A stretch of 63,232 nucleotides of DNA, filler included, from Actinomycetota bacterium (GCA_046725875.1; 5 parts of 5 records of this genome joined end to end with filler, not necessarily neighbours in it), one strand, 5' to 3'. Numbered from the whole stretch's first letter, positions 49,105 through 59,276 are shown. The notes: a model not told the origin generated them from the sequence alone. Program-made: numbers and translations.

Positions 49105-51654
49105 TTAGTCGCGGCGTTGAAGCGCGCGACTGAGGCCGGCGACGACCGCTGTTGCGAGCAACCACCCGGCCAGCTCCAGACCACTGGCCACCCATCGATC
49201 GGCACCGTGCATGGCAAAGACGCCTTCCTGCTCGAAGCCGATGATCGGTAGCAAGAGGTCGAGCGTGAACAGCCCCGGCGACCACTGGGCGCCGGCCAGG
49301 TCAGAGTCGATTATCGGGGCCTCGACGTGGCGCATGTATGCGTAGCCGACGGCCCACAACCCGCCGAGCCAAAACAATGCGAGCCAGGGGCGGTAGCCAT
49401 ATCCGACTGTCATGTCGAGCAGCCTCCCGGCAACCCGCCCCACAACGCCTTGGGTTTTGCGCCGATGCCGTTGCTTGGCGAGTAGCACATAGCGCGCGTC
49501 CCGATCGTTGCCGTGCGAGCGGTAGCAGGCGGCGAGCTGCTCGTAGGGCTGCGGTGTGTAGCCGGAGTGATGGCGGCTTCGACCGAACCACCACTGGCGC
49601 CACTCTCTCCAATGCCGCCATTGCCGCCAGTCTCGCCAGTTGATGGTGGCGGTCTGAGTACTGCCGGCCGTCAGCGCCGCTTGCATCCAGCGGACCCGGC
49701 CGCGGGCGCTTGGCTCGCCCGAGGTCGGCAGCGGCACGACGATGGCCGGCCGGTCCGTGTCCTCCTCAGGCTGGTCGGTACCAGCAAGTGTTCGGGCGTG
49801 ACCGCCGTCCTCCGCCGCAATGATCCCGGAATACTCGAAGTCCTCGAGGCGTACGCCACCGGCCGAGGCCCATAGATGCGCATTGTCGTACACCGCCGCA
49901 GCGCGAACCTGCGAGAGCTCTACCAGCCCGTCCGGCGGCGCGCCGACCGCAAGTACCAGCTCCGTGGCCTGCAGGCCGAAGAGGTTGAGGGTGTGTGACC
50001 CGCCCCCACCCTGTAGCACAGCGCCACGGAAAGAGGCCGTCTTGCGGATCTCCGCGCCGCGCAGCCGGACCCCCGCTGCTGCAAAGAACGGCTGCGCGCC
50101 GTGGGCTTGACACTGAATGTCCCGCCCGACATGAGCCGATCGCGCATCCAGGGACGGTCGGACCCTGGCGACGTGATTCTCTCCGCGCGGGCCCTTGCCG
50201 GTCGTTGTGTACGGGTCGGTCAGCCGAGCGCCGTCGAGAATTACGGATCCGCCGACCGATGTGTTCTGCATCCTGATCGTGCCGCGCACCGTGACGCGGA
50301 GAGCTGACAAATTGCCCAGGATCGTGGCGCGATCGATGTTCATCGCGTTTCGCCCCGGGTGGTGGAGTTTCGCGCGGTCCACGAACAGATTTCCCCCGAT
50401 CTTGGCCGTCCGCAGCAGCATCTCCCCGGTCGCCGAGAAACCCGAGCCGCAGAGCATGTCGCCGCCGAGCTCGAGACCGTCGGCCAGGATCGAGAACCGA
50501 TCCGGTCGCCCAGCGGGCGGCAGCCGCGGATCGATCGTGCATTGCGTCGCCCGGATGTTGCCCTTGATCACTGCGTTCGCGAGCCGGATTGTGCCGTGCG
50601 CCACGAACCCGTCGTCCATCTCGAGGTTTCCGCCGATCGTCGCGCGTTCCCCGACGAGAACAGCGGTTGGGTCGGTGTCCGGGTCGGCGTTGGGGCCCGA
50701 CGCGCTTGGCGGCAGGCCGCGGGAGCCGGCCGCCAGGCCGTGGGGTGATAGCTCGAGCAAGGCGCCGGTGAAGTCGAGGTCACCCGCGATGTGGGCGCCG
50801 GCCAGGAACACCCGGCCGACCGTCTTCAATCCTTGGATGGCGTTGCGGCGGCGGTCCGCGAAGAGGCTGCCCCCGACGGACAGGCCGTTCCCGTCGAGCG
50901 CGGTACCACGGTTACTGTCGAGGTTCGCGCTCGCCAGGTTGACGATGCCACCAATCCGGGCACCGGGGAGCCGCACCTCACCGCTTGACTTGAGCCCCTG
51001 GCAGAGCAGTGCTCCTCCGGTACACATCCGTTCGGCCATCAGCGCCGGGCCATCCGGACTGGCTAGAACGGCGTCGATGAGCCGTACTGATCTCGCCACC
51101 GAGGCGTCCGCCAGGTCGACGAGCCCGGCCGAATGCAGCCGCTCGAGAGCTAGCTCTCCCTCCACAGCGATGTTGTGCAGGCGGAGCTCGGGAAGCCACG
51201 ACCCGGCCAGCGACACGCGAAGCGTTCGAGCGCCCCTGGCGAGTACGGGCTCGTCGAAGTAGCACTGGAGCAGCTCGATCTGGTGCTCGATGCCGGCACC
51301 GTCGAGGTCGAGTTGCCCGGTGATGCGCGCACCGCGCAGCCGAAGGTTCGCCACACACCCGGGAGCGGGTGGGGTCCGCTCGAGCAGCAGACGGGCGAGC
51401 GCATGGGCACGGATGGTCCGTTCGGCCGACCACCCGGCCGCGCCACCCGGTTCCCGCCCGCCGCCCAGGCTCCCTAAGTCCAGCTGGCCACCGCGCCGAA
51501 AGTGTTCCCACAGGCTCTGCTCGGATGCTGTCCACTCCGCTGGTGGTGCGACCGCGGACTCTGGCATGACCGGCGTGCCGTCGGACAACTTCACTCCCCG
51601 TGCTGGCGTAATCTCCCTGCGAGCACGGTAGGGAAGATCGCTCGTTCGCGCCAC
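49105..51654 (-). CDS. Large repeat (beta-helix-like) protein with a C-terminal membrane domain
   Basis: Recurring G.(V/I).L..A.I.G.L repeats; PQPYEQLA..YR..G; GYGYRP + TM + LDLLLPII + TM. Confidence 0.8.
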   Translation of the reverse strand: MARTSDLPYRARREITPARGVKLSDGTPVMPESAVAPPAEWTASEQSLWEHFRRGGQLDLGSLGGGREPGGAAGWSAERTIRAHALARLLLERTPPAPGCVANLRLRGARITGQLDLDGAGIEHQIELLQCYFDEPVLARGARTLRVSLAGSWLPELRLHNIAVEGELALERLHSAGLVDLADASVARSVRLIDAVLASPDGPALMAERMCTGGALLCQGLKSSGEVRLPGARIGGIVNLASANLDSNRGTALDGNGLSVGGSLFADRRRNAIQGLKTVGRVFLAGAHIAGDLDFTGALLELSPHGLAAGSRGLPPSASGPNADPDTDPTAVLVGERATIGGNLEMDDGFVAHGTIRLANAVIKGNIRATQCTIDPRLPPAGRPDRFSILADGLELGGDMLCGSGFSATGEMLLRTAKIGGNLFVDRAKLHHPGRNAMNIDRATILGNLSALRVTVRGTIRMQNTSVGGSVILDGARLTDPYTTTGKGPRGENHVARVRPSLDARSAHVGRDIQCQAHGAQPFFAAAGVRLRGAEIRKTASFRGAVLQGGGGSHTLNLFGLQATELVLAVGAPPDGLVELSQVRAAAVYDNAHLWASAGGVRLEDFEYSGIIAAEDGGHARTLAGTDQPEEDTDRPAIVVPLPTSGEPSARGRVRWMQAALTAGSTQTATINWRDWRQWRHWREWRQWWFGRSRHHSGYTPQPYEQLAACYRSHGNDRDARYVLLAKQRHRRKTQGVVGRVAGRLLDMTVGYGYRPWLALFWLGGLWAVGYAYMRHVEAPIIDSDLAGAQWSPGLFTLDLLLPIIGFEQEGVFAMHGADRWVASGLELAGWLLATAVVAGLSRALQRRD

Positions 51655-51795
51655 ATGACACTAACTGAGGACCCGACGTTCAGGAGGCGGTGAACATCGT
51701 GGTGATGTTTGATCGGCGCCGTGGCGGTAACCACGAACCGCGGTGAACAGGTCGCGGGCGACCGGCCCCGGCCTTCACGCGAAAGGTGGGCAGCG

Positions 51796-52260
51796 ATGGT
51801 TGTCCCAACAACGACACCTAGATCAACGGCCGCGGGCATCGGCGCCCGGGTCATCTTCACACTGCTCGGCGCAGCCGGCCTCGTCGTGGCGGCGTTCCTC
51901 GACTGGACCGAGGACATTAAGGGCCTAGACCTGCGCTGGAATGCGCTCTACGAGACCGAGTTCCAGACGACCGATACCATCTACAAGACCGTCGGCGGTC
52001 TGTCGATCCTGCTCGGCCTGCTCTTGCTGATCAGTCTCGCAACACTCTTCGGAGGCTTTACCCGGCTGATCGCGGCACTGGGCATTGTGATGTTCGTACT
52101 GTTCGCGATCCAGATTTACCGCGACTCCGCGAGTCATGACATTCAGATCGGCGCCTGGCTCGCGCTGGGCGGTTCGGTGGTTGCGCTGATCGGAGGGTTC
52201 GTACCTGCTCGGCGCGCCGTCCCGGTTGCGACCGGAGTGGATACCACAGCCGAGCCATAA
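51796..52260 (+). CDS. Hypothetical 4-TM membrane protein
   Basis: Four hydrophobic segments; GAAAGG RBS. Confidence 0.75.
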   Translation: MVVPTTTPRSTAAGIGARVIFTLLGAAGLVVAAFLDWTEDIKGLDLRWNALYETEFQTTDTIYKTVGGLSILLGLLLLISLATLFGGFTRLIAALGIVMFVLFAIQIYRDSASHDIQIGAWLALGGSVVALIGGFVPARRAVPVATGVDTTAEP

Positions 52261-52372
52261 CAGGCGGTTCCGAACCCGCTCGCCCGCCGTCCTGCCGGCG
52301 ATGCGTGCGCGGCTCCGCTCGCACTCCAGCGGGGTTGGTGATGGGCACGTCACTCGATCCCGGTAGCTAGAG

Positions 52373-52410
52373 GGGTACCTTCACTCGGGACCTACCGAGT
52401 GAAGGTACCC
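52373..52410. repeat. Perfect 16-bp inverted repeat (REP-like, related to family B)
   Basis: GGGTACCTTCACTCGG-N6-CCGAGTGAAGGTACCC, with a degenerate arm at about 52340-52356. Confidence 0.75.
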
Positions 52411-52413
52411 GTC

Positions 52414-53382
52414 ATGCGAACGGGACCGGGGCGGGGCCCGGCCCTTAGTCGGCAGGCTGGGCTTGTCGGCGGGCTCAGCGAGACTGCATCTGTGCACGAG
52501 GTCTGGTTGCAGCTGCCCTTCCAGCCGCCGTTGTTCCCAGACAACGTCTTCGGTCATCTCGTCGCCACGGCCGTTCCGGGGGTCGAGGAGTGGCGGGACG
52601 GCGCGTACCGTCGCACCCTCCGGCTTCCGAATGGAAGCGCGATCGTCAGCCTTCGCCCACGCCCCGATTACATCCAGTGCCAGCTCCTACTTGAGGACCA
52701 GCGGGACCAGGCTGCGGCGGTTGCGCGTTGCCGGTGGTTGCTCGACCTGGACGCGGACCCGGTGGTCATCGACGCGGCGCTCAGTCGCGACCGACTGCTC
52801 GCGCCACTGGTTTGGAGGGCTCCAGGCCGTCGAGTTCCGCGCAGTGTCGATGCCGGGGAGTTCGCGATCAGGGCTGTCCTCGGTCAGCAGGTGTCAACCG
52901 CGGCAGCGCGCACGCATACCGGCCGGCTGGTTGTCCGTCATGGCGATCCGATCGACGATCCCGGCGGCGAGCTCACGCACCTCTTCCCGACAGTCGACGC
53001 GCTGAGGGTGCTCGACCCGGCGTCGCTCGCCTTTCCGGAGTCCAGGCGTCGTTCGGTTGCCGCGCTCGTGTGGGTGCTGGCAACGGGTGGGCTTGACCTC
53101 GGAGCCCATGCCGATCGGGAGCGAGCTCGCGAGCGGCTCCATGCATTGCCCGGCGTCGGCACATGGACCGTCGAAGTTGTCGCGATGCGCGCGCTCGGCG
53201 ATCCGGATGCATTCCCCGCAACCGACCTGGGGGTACGGCTGGCCGCAAAGAAGCTCGGTCTGCCGGCCGGCCCCGCGGCGCTTACCAGTCGGGCCGCCGC
53301 GTGGCGACCATGGCGCGCCTATGCCGTGCAACATCTGTGGGCAACCGGTGCTCATCCCATCAACAACATGCCGACAGCCTGA
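52414..53382 (+). CDS. alkA: AlkA-type DNA-3-methyladenine glycosylase (no Ada domain)
   Basis: AVPGVEEW..G.YRRTL, LDLDADP, GQQVS, HhH LPGVGTWT, D.F...DLG, WRPWRAYA; start uncertain. Confidence 0.88.
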   Translation: MRTGPGRGPALSRQAGLVGGLSETASVHEVWLQLPFQPPLFPDNVFGHLVATAVPGVEEWRDGAYRRTLRLPNGSAIVSLRPRPDYIQCQLLLEDQRDQAAAVARCRWLLDLDADPVVIDAALSRDRLLAPLVWRAPGRRVPRSVDAGEFAIRAVLGQQVSTAAARTHTGRLVVRHGDPIDDPGGELTHLFPTVDALRVLDPASLAFPESRRRSVAALVWVLATGGLDLGAHADRERARERLHALPGVGTWTVEVVAMRALGDPDAFPATDLGVRLAAKKLGLPAGPAALTSRAAAWRPWRAYAVQHLWATGAHPINNMPTA

Positions 53383-53490
53383 CGCTCGTTCCCCGGACTG
53401 CAATAGTCGTAACCGGTCCACCGGGGAGAAGTGGCGCGGCTACGGTTGGTCACGTGCGTCCATTGCCGGGCCAGCACGAAAGGAGAGGCG

Positions 53491-53910
53491 ATGTTGCACG
53501 GCCGGGAGCACGTCGAGCGGTACATCGCGACCGACGGTAAGGAAGGGCACGACTGGGTCCGCGGAGCGCCGGTGCTGCTCTTAACAACGATCGGCAGGCG
53601 CAGCGGGCGCCCGTATACAACCCCGCTGATTTACCAGCCGAACGACGGGGACTACCTGATCGTCGCGTCGCATGGCGGGTCGGACTCACCACCGGACTGG
53701 TATGTCAACCTCACCGCCAACCCGCAGGTCGAGGTGCAGATTTGGGGCGACCGCTTCCGCGCTCGTGCGCGCACCGCCAACCCCGAGGAGAAGCCCGCAC
53801 TCTGGCGGAAGCTGCTCGCCGTCTGGCCCGACTACGACGAGTACCAGAAGCGGACCCGCCGGCAGCTCCCCGTCATCGTTCTCGAACCCGTGGGGCAGCC
53901 AGCCGGCTGA
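53491..53910 (+). CDS. Deazaflavin (F420)-dependent nitroreductase family protein
   Basis: LLLTTIGRRSG, VAS.GG, P.WY.NL.ANP, Y..YQ..T.R. Confidence 0.93.
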   Translation: MLHGREHVERYIATDGKEGHDWVRGAPVLLLTTIGRRSGRPYTTPLIYQPNDGDYLIVASHGGSDSPPDWYVNLTANPQVEVQIWGDRFRARARTANPEEKPALWRKLLAVWPDYDEYQKRTRRQLPVIVLEPVGQPAG

Positions 53911-53963
53911 GTGTCACATCGTCGGCTCATCTGCGCAGGTCTAGGTGGAGCCGGCGGCTGGGC

Positions 53964-54701
53964 CTATTTAGGGGCCTTCTGCGCAGAGGAGAGCGCGTCG
54001 GCCACGACGCCGCGAGCCTCGTCCTGGATTTGGGTAAGATGGACGGGGCCGCGGAACGACTCGGCGTAAATCTTGTAGACGTCCTCCGTGCCGGACGGGC
54101 GGGCCGCGAACCAGCCGGACTCCGTAACCACCTTCAGACCGCCGATGGGGGCGCCATTGCCGGGCGCCGCTGTCTCCTTGGCGGCGATCGGTTCGCCGGC
54201 CAGCGAGGTCGCCCGGACCTGGCCCGGGGCCAGCCGGCCGAGCACCGCCTTCTCCTCCCGCGTCGCCGGGACGTCGATCCTCGCGTATGCCGGGTCGCCG
54301 AAGCGCGCCACCAGATCCGAGTACAGCTGGCTCGGCGACCGCCCGGTTATCGCGATGATCTCGGCGGCTAGTAGGCATAGCAGCATGCCGTCTTTATCGG
54401 TGGTCCACGTGCCGCCGTCGCGACGCAGGAACGCGGCGCCGGCGCTCTCCTCGCCGCCGAAGCCGACCGATCCATCGAGCAGCCCGGGCACGAACCACTT
54501 GAAGCCAACGGGCACCTCCACCAGCCGCCGACCGAGGTCGGCGGCGACCCGGTCGATCATCGACGAGGACACCAGTGTCTTTCCGACCGCGGCGTCGGCC
54601 GACCATGCGGTTCGGGTGCGGAACAGGTGCGCGATCGCGACGGCCAGGTAGTGATTGGGGTTCATCAGGCCGGCGTCCGGCGTGACGATGCCGTGCCGGT
54701 C
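53964..54701 (-). CDS. pgm: Phosphoglucomutase, 5' truncated
   Basis: [34 protein letters not shown]. Confidence 0.96.
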   Translation of the reverse strand, partial: DRHGIVTPDAGLMNPNHYLAVAIAHLFRTRTAWSADAAVGKTLVSSSMIDRVAADLGRRLVEVPVGFKWFVPGLLDGSVGFGGEESAGAAFLRRDGGTWTTDKDGMLLCLLAAEIIAITGRSPSQLYSDLVARFGDPAYARIDVPATREEKAVLGRLAPGQVRATSLAGEPIAAKETAAPGNGAPIGGLKVVTESGWFAARPSGTEDVYKIYAESFRGPVHLTQIQDEARGVVADALSSAQKAPK

Positions 54702-54801
54702 NNNNNNNNNNNNNNNNNNNNNNNNNNNNNNNNNNNNNNNNNNNNTTAATTAATTAANNNNNNNNNNNNNNNNNNNNNNNNNNNNNNNNNNNNNNNNNNN
54801 N
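54702..54801. other. Artificial contig spacer
   Basis: 44 N + TTAATTAATTAA + 44 N. Confidence 0.99.
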
Positions 54802-55014
54802 ACCGGCCCGGCCAACCCGCAGTACTGCGCGCCGGGCGTCTCGCCCCAACGCTGCGAGGAGTGGCTGGGCACCCTCGGCCTGCGCCAAGACCTGACCTAC
54901 CACCCCACCAGCCACTTCTGGTCACTGCAATGGGCCGAGGCCGGCATCTTCGTTGGTCTGGCGATACTGCTCACAGGGTTCTGCTTTTGGTGGATCCGTC
55001 GACGTGTAGCCTGA
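54802..55014 (+). CDS. ABC-2 type permease, C-terminal fragment
   Basis: TYHPTSHFWSLQWAEAGIFVGLAILL..FCFWWIRRR. Confidence 0.8.
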   Translation, partial: TGPANPQYCAPGVSPQRCEEWLGTLGLRQDLTYHPTSHFWSLQWAEAGIFVGLAILLTGFCFWWIRRRVA

Positions 55015-55138
55015 ACCGGCTCCCACCCTGAAACGGAGGGTGGACGCCAGCAAGCGCGGGCCCCGGGGACATGCTGTCACCCGGGGTCTCCGGCATCGGC
55101 GAACGAACAGCGGCAATCTAGAGGACGGAGGTCGCTCG

Positions 55139-55543
55139 ATGACGTTGCGTATCTCGCTCATGCTGGCCGTCGAGGATGCCGGCGAGGCCGCCGCCTGGTA
55201 CGAGCGCGCGCTTGGCGCGACCGAGGTGTGGAGCCTCGGCTCTGTCATAGGCCTCCGGATCGAGGACGCGCCGTTCTTCCTCCACGAGCCGACGAGTACG
55301 GGATTCGTTAGCCCACTGGCCAACGGGAACACAACCGTACGCGTCGAGGTGTTCGTCGACGACCCGGACGAGTTCGTGCGTCGGGCCGCGGAAGCCGGCG
55401 CCGACGGGTCGATGGTCGCCGTACGCGATCATCAGGTCCCCTGGGGCATCCACCGGCAGGGAGGCTTCCGCGATCCATTCGGCCATATCTGGCTGGTCGG
55501 CGACAAATCACCGCTCGACCCGTACCCCCAAGTCCGACGCTGA
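55139..55543 (+). CDS. VOC (PhnB-like) protein
   Basis: A..WY..ALGA, VDDPD..V.RA..AGA, RDPFGH.W. Confidence 0.88.
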   Translation: MTLRISLMLAVEDAGEAAAWYERALGATEVWSLGSVIGLRIEDAPFFLHEPTSTGFVSPLANGNTTVRVEVFVDDPDEFVRRAAEAGADGSMVAVRDHQVPWGIHRQGGFRDPFGHIWLVGDKSPLDPYPQVRR

Positions 55544-55566
55544 GCGTGCCTCGAAATGCTCGGCGG

Positions 55567-56238
55567 TTATCGCATCGGGCCGGGCCGGACGAATCCCGTC
55601 TCGTAGGCGATGATGACGAGTTGGGCGCGGTCATGCGCGTCAAGCTTGGTCATTGCCCGGTTGATGTGGGTCTTCGTGGTGGCTGGGCTCACCACGAGGT
55701 GCTGTGCGATCTCATGGTTGGACAGCCCGGCGGCGACCAGCGCGAGTACCTCACGCTCCCGGTCGGTGAGAGACAGGAGGCGGCCCGGCGGCGTGGCGGT
55801 GAGGTCTGGCTGGGCCAGATAGTTGGCGATCAGAGTGCGAGTTGCGGCCGGGGAGAGCAGCGAATCGCCCGCGTGGACGGTGCGGATCGCCTCCAACAGC
55901 TCGTCCGGCTCGGCGCTCTTGCCGAGGAATGCGCTTGCACCGGCGCGCAGCGCGCCGAACACGTAGTCGTCGATCTCGAACGTGGTCAGGATCAGGACCC
56001 GGACCCCCGCAAGGTCCTCGTCGCTGGCGATGAGCTTGGTGGCGGTGATGCCGTCCATGTCCGGCATCCGGATGTCCATGACCACGACGTCGGCGCGCGT
56101 GCTGCGGGCTAGCTCGACCGCCTCGCGGCCGGTGCTCGCCTCACCGACGACCTCAATGTCGCCGGTGCCGTCGATGAGAACCTTGAAGCCGCTGCGCATG
56201 AGTGCTTGGTCGTCGGCAAGGAGGACCCGAATCGTCAC
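55567..56238 (-). CDS. NarL/LuxR-family response regulator
   Basis: ADDQ, MDIRMP, LTTF, LTDREREVL, TTKTH. Confidence 0.96.
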   Translation of the reverse strand: MTIRVLLADDQALMRSGFKVLIDGTGDIEVVGEASTGREAVELARSTRADVVVMDIRMPDMDGITATKLIASDEDLAGVRVLILTTFEIDDYVFGALRAGASAFLGKSAEPDELLEAIRTVHAGDSLLSPAATRTLIANYLAQPDLTATPPGRLLSLTDREREVLALVAAGLSNHEIAQHLVVSPATTKTHINRAMTKLDAHDRAQLVIIAYETGFVRPGPMR

Positions 56239-57437
56239 CCGACCAGCACCTCGTGCTTCGATGAAGTCAGCGGAAGGGTGGCCGCAACCCGAAACCCGCC
56301 ACCCGGTTTCGGCCCGGCGGTAAGGGACCCGCCGACCGCGGCCACGCGCTCACGCATCCCGACGAGCCCGTGCCCGTCGCCGTTGTCGGCCGGCGGCGCT
56401 GGACCGTCATCGTCCACGATGATCCGCAGCTCGTCGGGCCGATGGCTGATATGCACGACGGCCCGCGCAGTGCCCGCATGCTTGCGGACGTTGGTCAGCG
56501 CCTCCTGGATTATCCGGTACGCGGTGAGGTCGACGGCGGGCGGCAGCGGCAGTTCGGCGCCTTCCGTATGGTGCTGGACCGACAGGCCGGCGCGGTCCAG
56601 CGACCCGAGCAGCTCGTCGAGCCCGGCCAACCCTAGGATCGGCTCCGTGGGGGCGGGCGGATCGCCGGGTTGCCGCAGGAGGCCGATGGTGGCCCGAACA
56701 TCGGCCAACGCCGCTCGACTGATTTGCCGGATCGTCGTCAGGGCTTGACGAGATTGCTCTGGCCGGTCGTCCAGCTCGTGGGCGGCGACCCCGGCCTGCA
56801 CGTTGATCAGAGCGATGTGGTGTCCAACCGTGTCGTGGACATCCCGCGCGATGCGCAACCGCTCCTCAGCGACCCGACGCCGAGCTTCGGCGTCGCGGTC
56901 CTGCTCGGCGCGCCGGGCTCGTTCTTCGAGCACGGCAGTGTAGGCGCGGCGGTTTCGGGATGCCTCGCCGGCGGCGACGGCAAGCGCGCCGAGTGCGGCC
57001 AACGCCAGGTTCTGCGCACCGAGCAGCGACCATGACCGAGCCGGCGCGACCAGAGCATGCAGCCCCACGAACGTGACGACGGCCAGCGTAGCGACGGTCG
57101 GAGCGAGCCGCCGCGGCGAGCGGTCGGCCACCGTGTAGAGGGCGACCAGCGGCGCGACGAGCACCACCTCCTGCCCAGCACTGATCCGCAGATACGCTTC
57201 CGCGGCTCCAAGTGTCACGACCAGAACCGGGAACGGCCAGCGACGCCGCCACCCGAGGGCGCCGGCCGCGAGCGCAGCCACGCCGACCGCGTGCGGACTC
57301 AGCTCTCCGGCATCCGGTTCCGCGGCCGCGGTCAGCAGGGTTACCGCAAAAACCACCGCGGCAATCGCGATGTCAGCGTGTCGATGCCACCGGAGGACGA
57401 CCCCGGCCTGTCGAAGCGGGCTGCACAGCTGGCCCAT
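56235..57437 (-). CDS. HisKA_3 sensor histidine kinase
   Basis: TM region, ERLRIARDVHD, QEALTNV.KHA, DDG, GHGLVGMRER. Confidence 0.94.
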   Translation of the reverse strand: MGQLCSPLRQAGVVLRWHRHADIAIAAVVFAVTLLTAAAEPDAGELSPHAVGVAALAAGALGWRRRWPFPVLVVTLGAAEAYLRISAGQEVVLVAPLVALYTVADRSPRRLAPTVATLAVVTFVGLHALVAPARSWSLLGAQNLALAALGALAVAAGEASRNRRAYTAVLEERARRAEQDRDAEARRRVAEERLRIARDVHDTVGHHIALINVQAGVAAHELDDRPEQSRQALTTIRQISRAALADVRATIGLLRQPGDPPAPTEPILGLAGLDELLGSLDRAGLSVQHHTEGAELPLPPAVDLTAYRIIQEALTNVRKHAGTARAVVHISHRPDELRIIVDDDGPAPPADNGDGHGLVGMRERVAAVGGSLTAGPKPGGGFRVAATLPLTSSKHEVLVG

Positions 57438-57471
57438 TACCTCACGGTAGGCGTCTGTCGTCGTCCTGACA

Positions 57472-57533
57472 TCACCCCTGCAACGTAAGGGCGGTGCCGC
57501 GCCCGCGGTACGCACCATACGGCGGCCGCGGTA
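57472..57533. promoter_or_regulatory. Three phased response-regulator boxes
   Basis: 16-bp units ending GTA at 57472, 57495 and 57518 (period 23 bp); best copy TAC-N10-GTA. Confidence 0.55.
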
Positions 57534-57594
57534 GCTCGGAAATCGGTCGGCTGGGCGACGACGCCCTCCCACGTGACCGGAGAGGCTGTCGACC

Positions 57595-57795
57595 ATGCGA
57601 ACTCTGAGCACCTCATTGCTGGCCGCCCCCCATGGCGGCGGGGGAGTCGGCATGGCAGTCATGATCACAGTGATGGCGGCCGTGGTCGGCGCGGGCTACT
57701 GGGTCGTGCGCCGTCGCGAGAGGTCCAGCACTGCTCAGAAGTCAGAATCTGAAGCCTGGCCCCCGCCCTCAGGCGAGCGGGAGGAGCAGTCGTGA
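57595..57795 (+). CDS. Small single-TM protein
   Basis: GAGG RBS, one TM followed by RRR; stop overlaps the ABC ATPase start. Confidence 0.7.
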   Translation: MRTLSTSLLAAPHGGGGVGMAVMITVMAAVVGAGYWVVRRRERSSTAQKSESEAWPPPSGEREEQS

Positions 57796-58523
57796 CCGCC
57801 GCGCAAATCTCCGTCCGTGGTTTGACCAAGCTGTTCGGCGACATCCGTGCAGTGGACGGCCTAACCTTCGATGTGCCGGCCGGACGGGTAACCGGGTTCC
57901 TCGGCCCCAACGGTGCGGGCAAGACCACCACGCTGCGAATGCTTCTTGGGCTGGTCCGCCCGACCGGCGGCACTGCGCTGATTGGCGGGCGCCCGTACGC
58001 CGACCTCGCGGCCCCACGCCACATGGTGGGCGCGGTGCTAGAGGCGACGGGGTTCCACTCAGGCCGCACCGGCCGCAACCAATTGCGGATCTCAGCAGAT
58101 GCCAGCGGAATCGCGGCCAGCCGAGTCGGTGAGGTTCTCGACCTCGTCCGGCTGAGCCGGGACGCGGATCGTCGGGTCGGCGGCTACTCCCTCGGCATGC
58201 GCCAACGGCTCGGCCTCGCGGCCGCGCTGCTTGGTGATCCGCAAGTGCTCATCCTCGACGAACCGGGAAACGGGCTCGACCCGGCCGGCATGGCGTGGCT
58301 CCGTGGTCTGCTGCGCGACCTCGCCGCCCGGGGGTGCACTGTGCTGATCTCCAGCCACGTCCTCGCCGAGATCGCCCAGACGGTCGACCAGATCGTGATC
58401 ATCAGCGGGGGGCGGCTGCGCTACGCCGGCACGCTCGATGAGCTTGGCGACGAGTCGCTGGAAGCAGCGTTCCTGCGCCTAACCACCGACCCCGAAGGAG
58501 TGCTCGATGCTGTTCGGCAATGA
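57792..58523 (+). CDS. ABC transporter ATP-binding protein (BcrA/LanF-like)
   Basis: GPNGAGKT, YSLGMRQR, ILDEP.NGLD, SSH. Confidence 0.95.
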   Translation: MTAAQISVRGLTKLFGDIRAVDGLTFDVPAGRVTGFLGPNGAGKTTTLRMLLGLVRPTGGTALIGGRPYADLAAPRHMVGAVLEATGFHSGRTGRNQLRISADASGIAASRVGEVLDLVRLSRDADRRVGGYSLGMRQRLGLAAALLGDPQVLILDEPGNGLDPAGMAWLRGLLRDLAARGCTVLISSHVLAEIAQTVDQIVIISGGRLRYAGTLDELGDESLEAAFLRLTTDPEGVLDAVRQ

Positions 58524-59241
58524 GCTGCTCAAGCTCCGCACCATACGCAGCCCGTGGCTGGTGCTCGTGGCCGCCCAGCTCGTCATCGTGGCCGGCGTCA
58601 GCGGCCTGTTCGCCCAGGGCGCCGACATAGACGATCCGGACACCGTGCAGGGCGCGCTAGCTCATGTAGGCCTGATTTCGCTATTCACCCTCGTGCTGGG
58701 GATCACGGCGGTAGCCGGCGAGCACCGGCACCAGACCATCACCGACACCTACCTGTCGACCCCGCGCCGCGGCCGCGTATTCGCCGCCAAACTCGGCATC
58801 TACACCGCCGTTGGGGCTGGGTTCGGCGCCATCAGCGCCGCCGTGGCCACCGCGGCCACCGCCGCGTGGCTGGCCGCAAAGGGCGGCTCGCTAGACCTTG
58901 GTGACCCCGACGTATGGCGGGCCCTCGGAGGCGGGATCGGCTGGGTTGCCGCGTTCGCCGCGATCGGAGTGGGGCTCGGCGCACTCGTCCGCAACCTCGC
59001 CGGTGCAGTTGCGGCGGGGCTGGCCTGGATCGCCCTCGTCGAAGGCATCGTCGGTCAGCTCCTGGGCGACAGCGCCGCCCGCTGGCTGCCGTTCCGCGCC
59101 GGATCCGCGCTGAGCACGGTCGGAATGAGTGATGACGCCTCGCAGCTCTCCCAGCCGACCGCGGCACTCCTCCTCGCCGCATACGGGATCGCCTTTGCCA
59201 TCGCCGGGCTTGCCGCCGTCTCCCGCCGCGACGTCGCATGA
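58507..59241 (+). CDS. ABC-2 type permease
   Basis: ELLKLRT, GE..H.T......P.R, terminal RRDV. Confidence 0.9.
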   Translation: MLFGNELLKLRTIRSPWLVLVAAQLVIVAGVSGLFAQGADIDDPDTVQGALAHVGLISLFTLVLGITAVAGEHRHQTITDTYLSTPRRGRVFAAKLGIYTAVGAGFGAISAAVATAATAAWLAAKGGSLDLGDPDVWRALGGGIGWVAAFAAIGVGLGALVRNLAGAVAAGLAWIALVEGIVGQLLGDSAARWLPFRAGSALSTVGMSDDASQLSQPTAALLLAAYGIAFAIAGLAAVSRRDVA

Positions 59242-59276
59242 GAGACGCCAAGCTCGCCAACAAATGGGAGTAGGTC

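Noticed and set aside
53912..53945. TGTCACA after the F420 reductase gene
   Set aside because: No CGTC at 16-bp spacing, and it points into the 3' end of pgm
59238..59276. ATG...TAG in frame with the methyltransferase (possible readthrough or pyrrolysine)
   Set aside because: The TAG lies next to a GGAG RBS correctly spaced for the GTG at 59277; no recoding evidence
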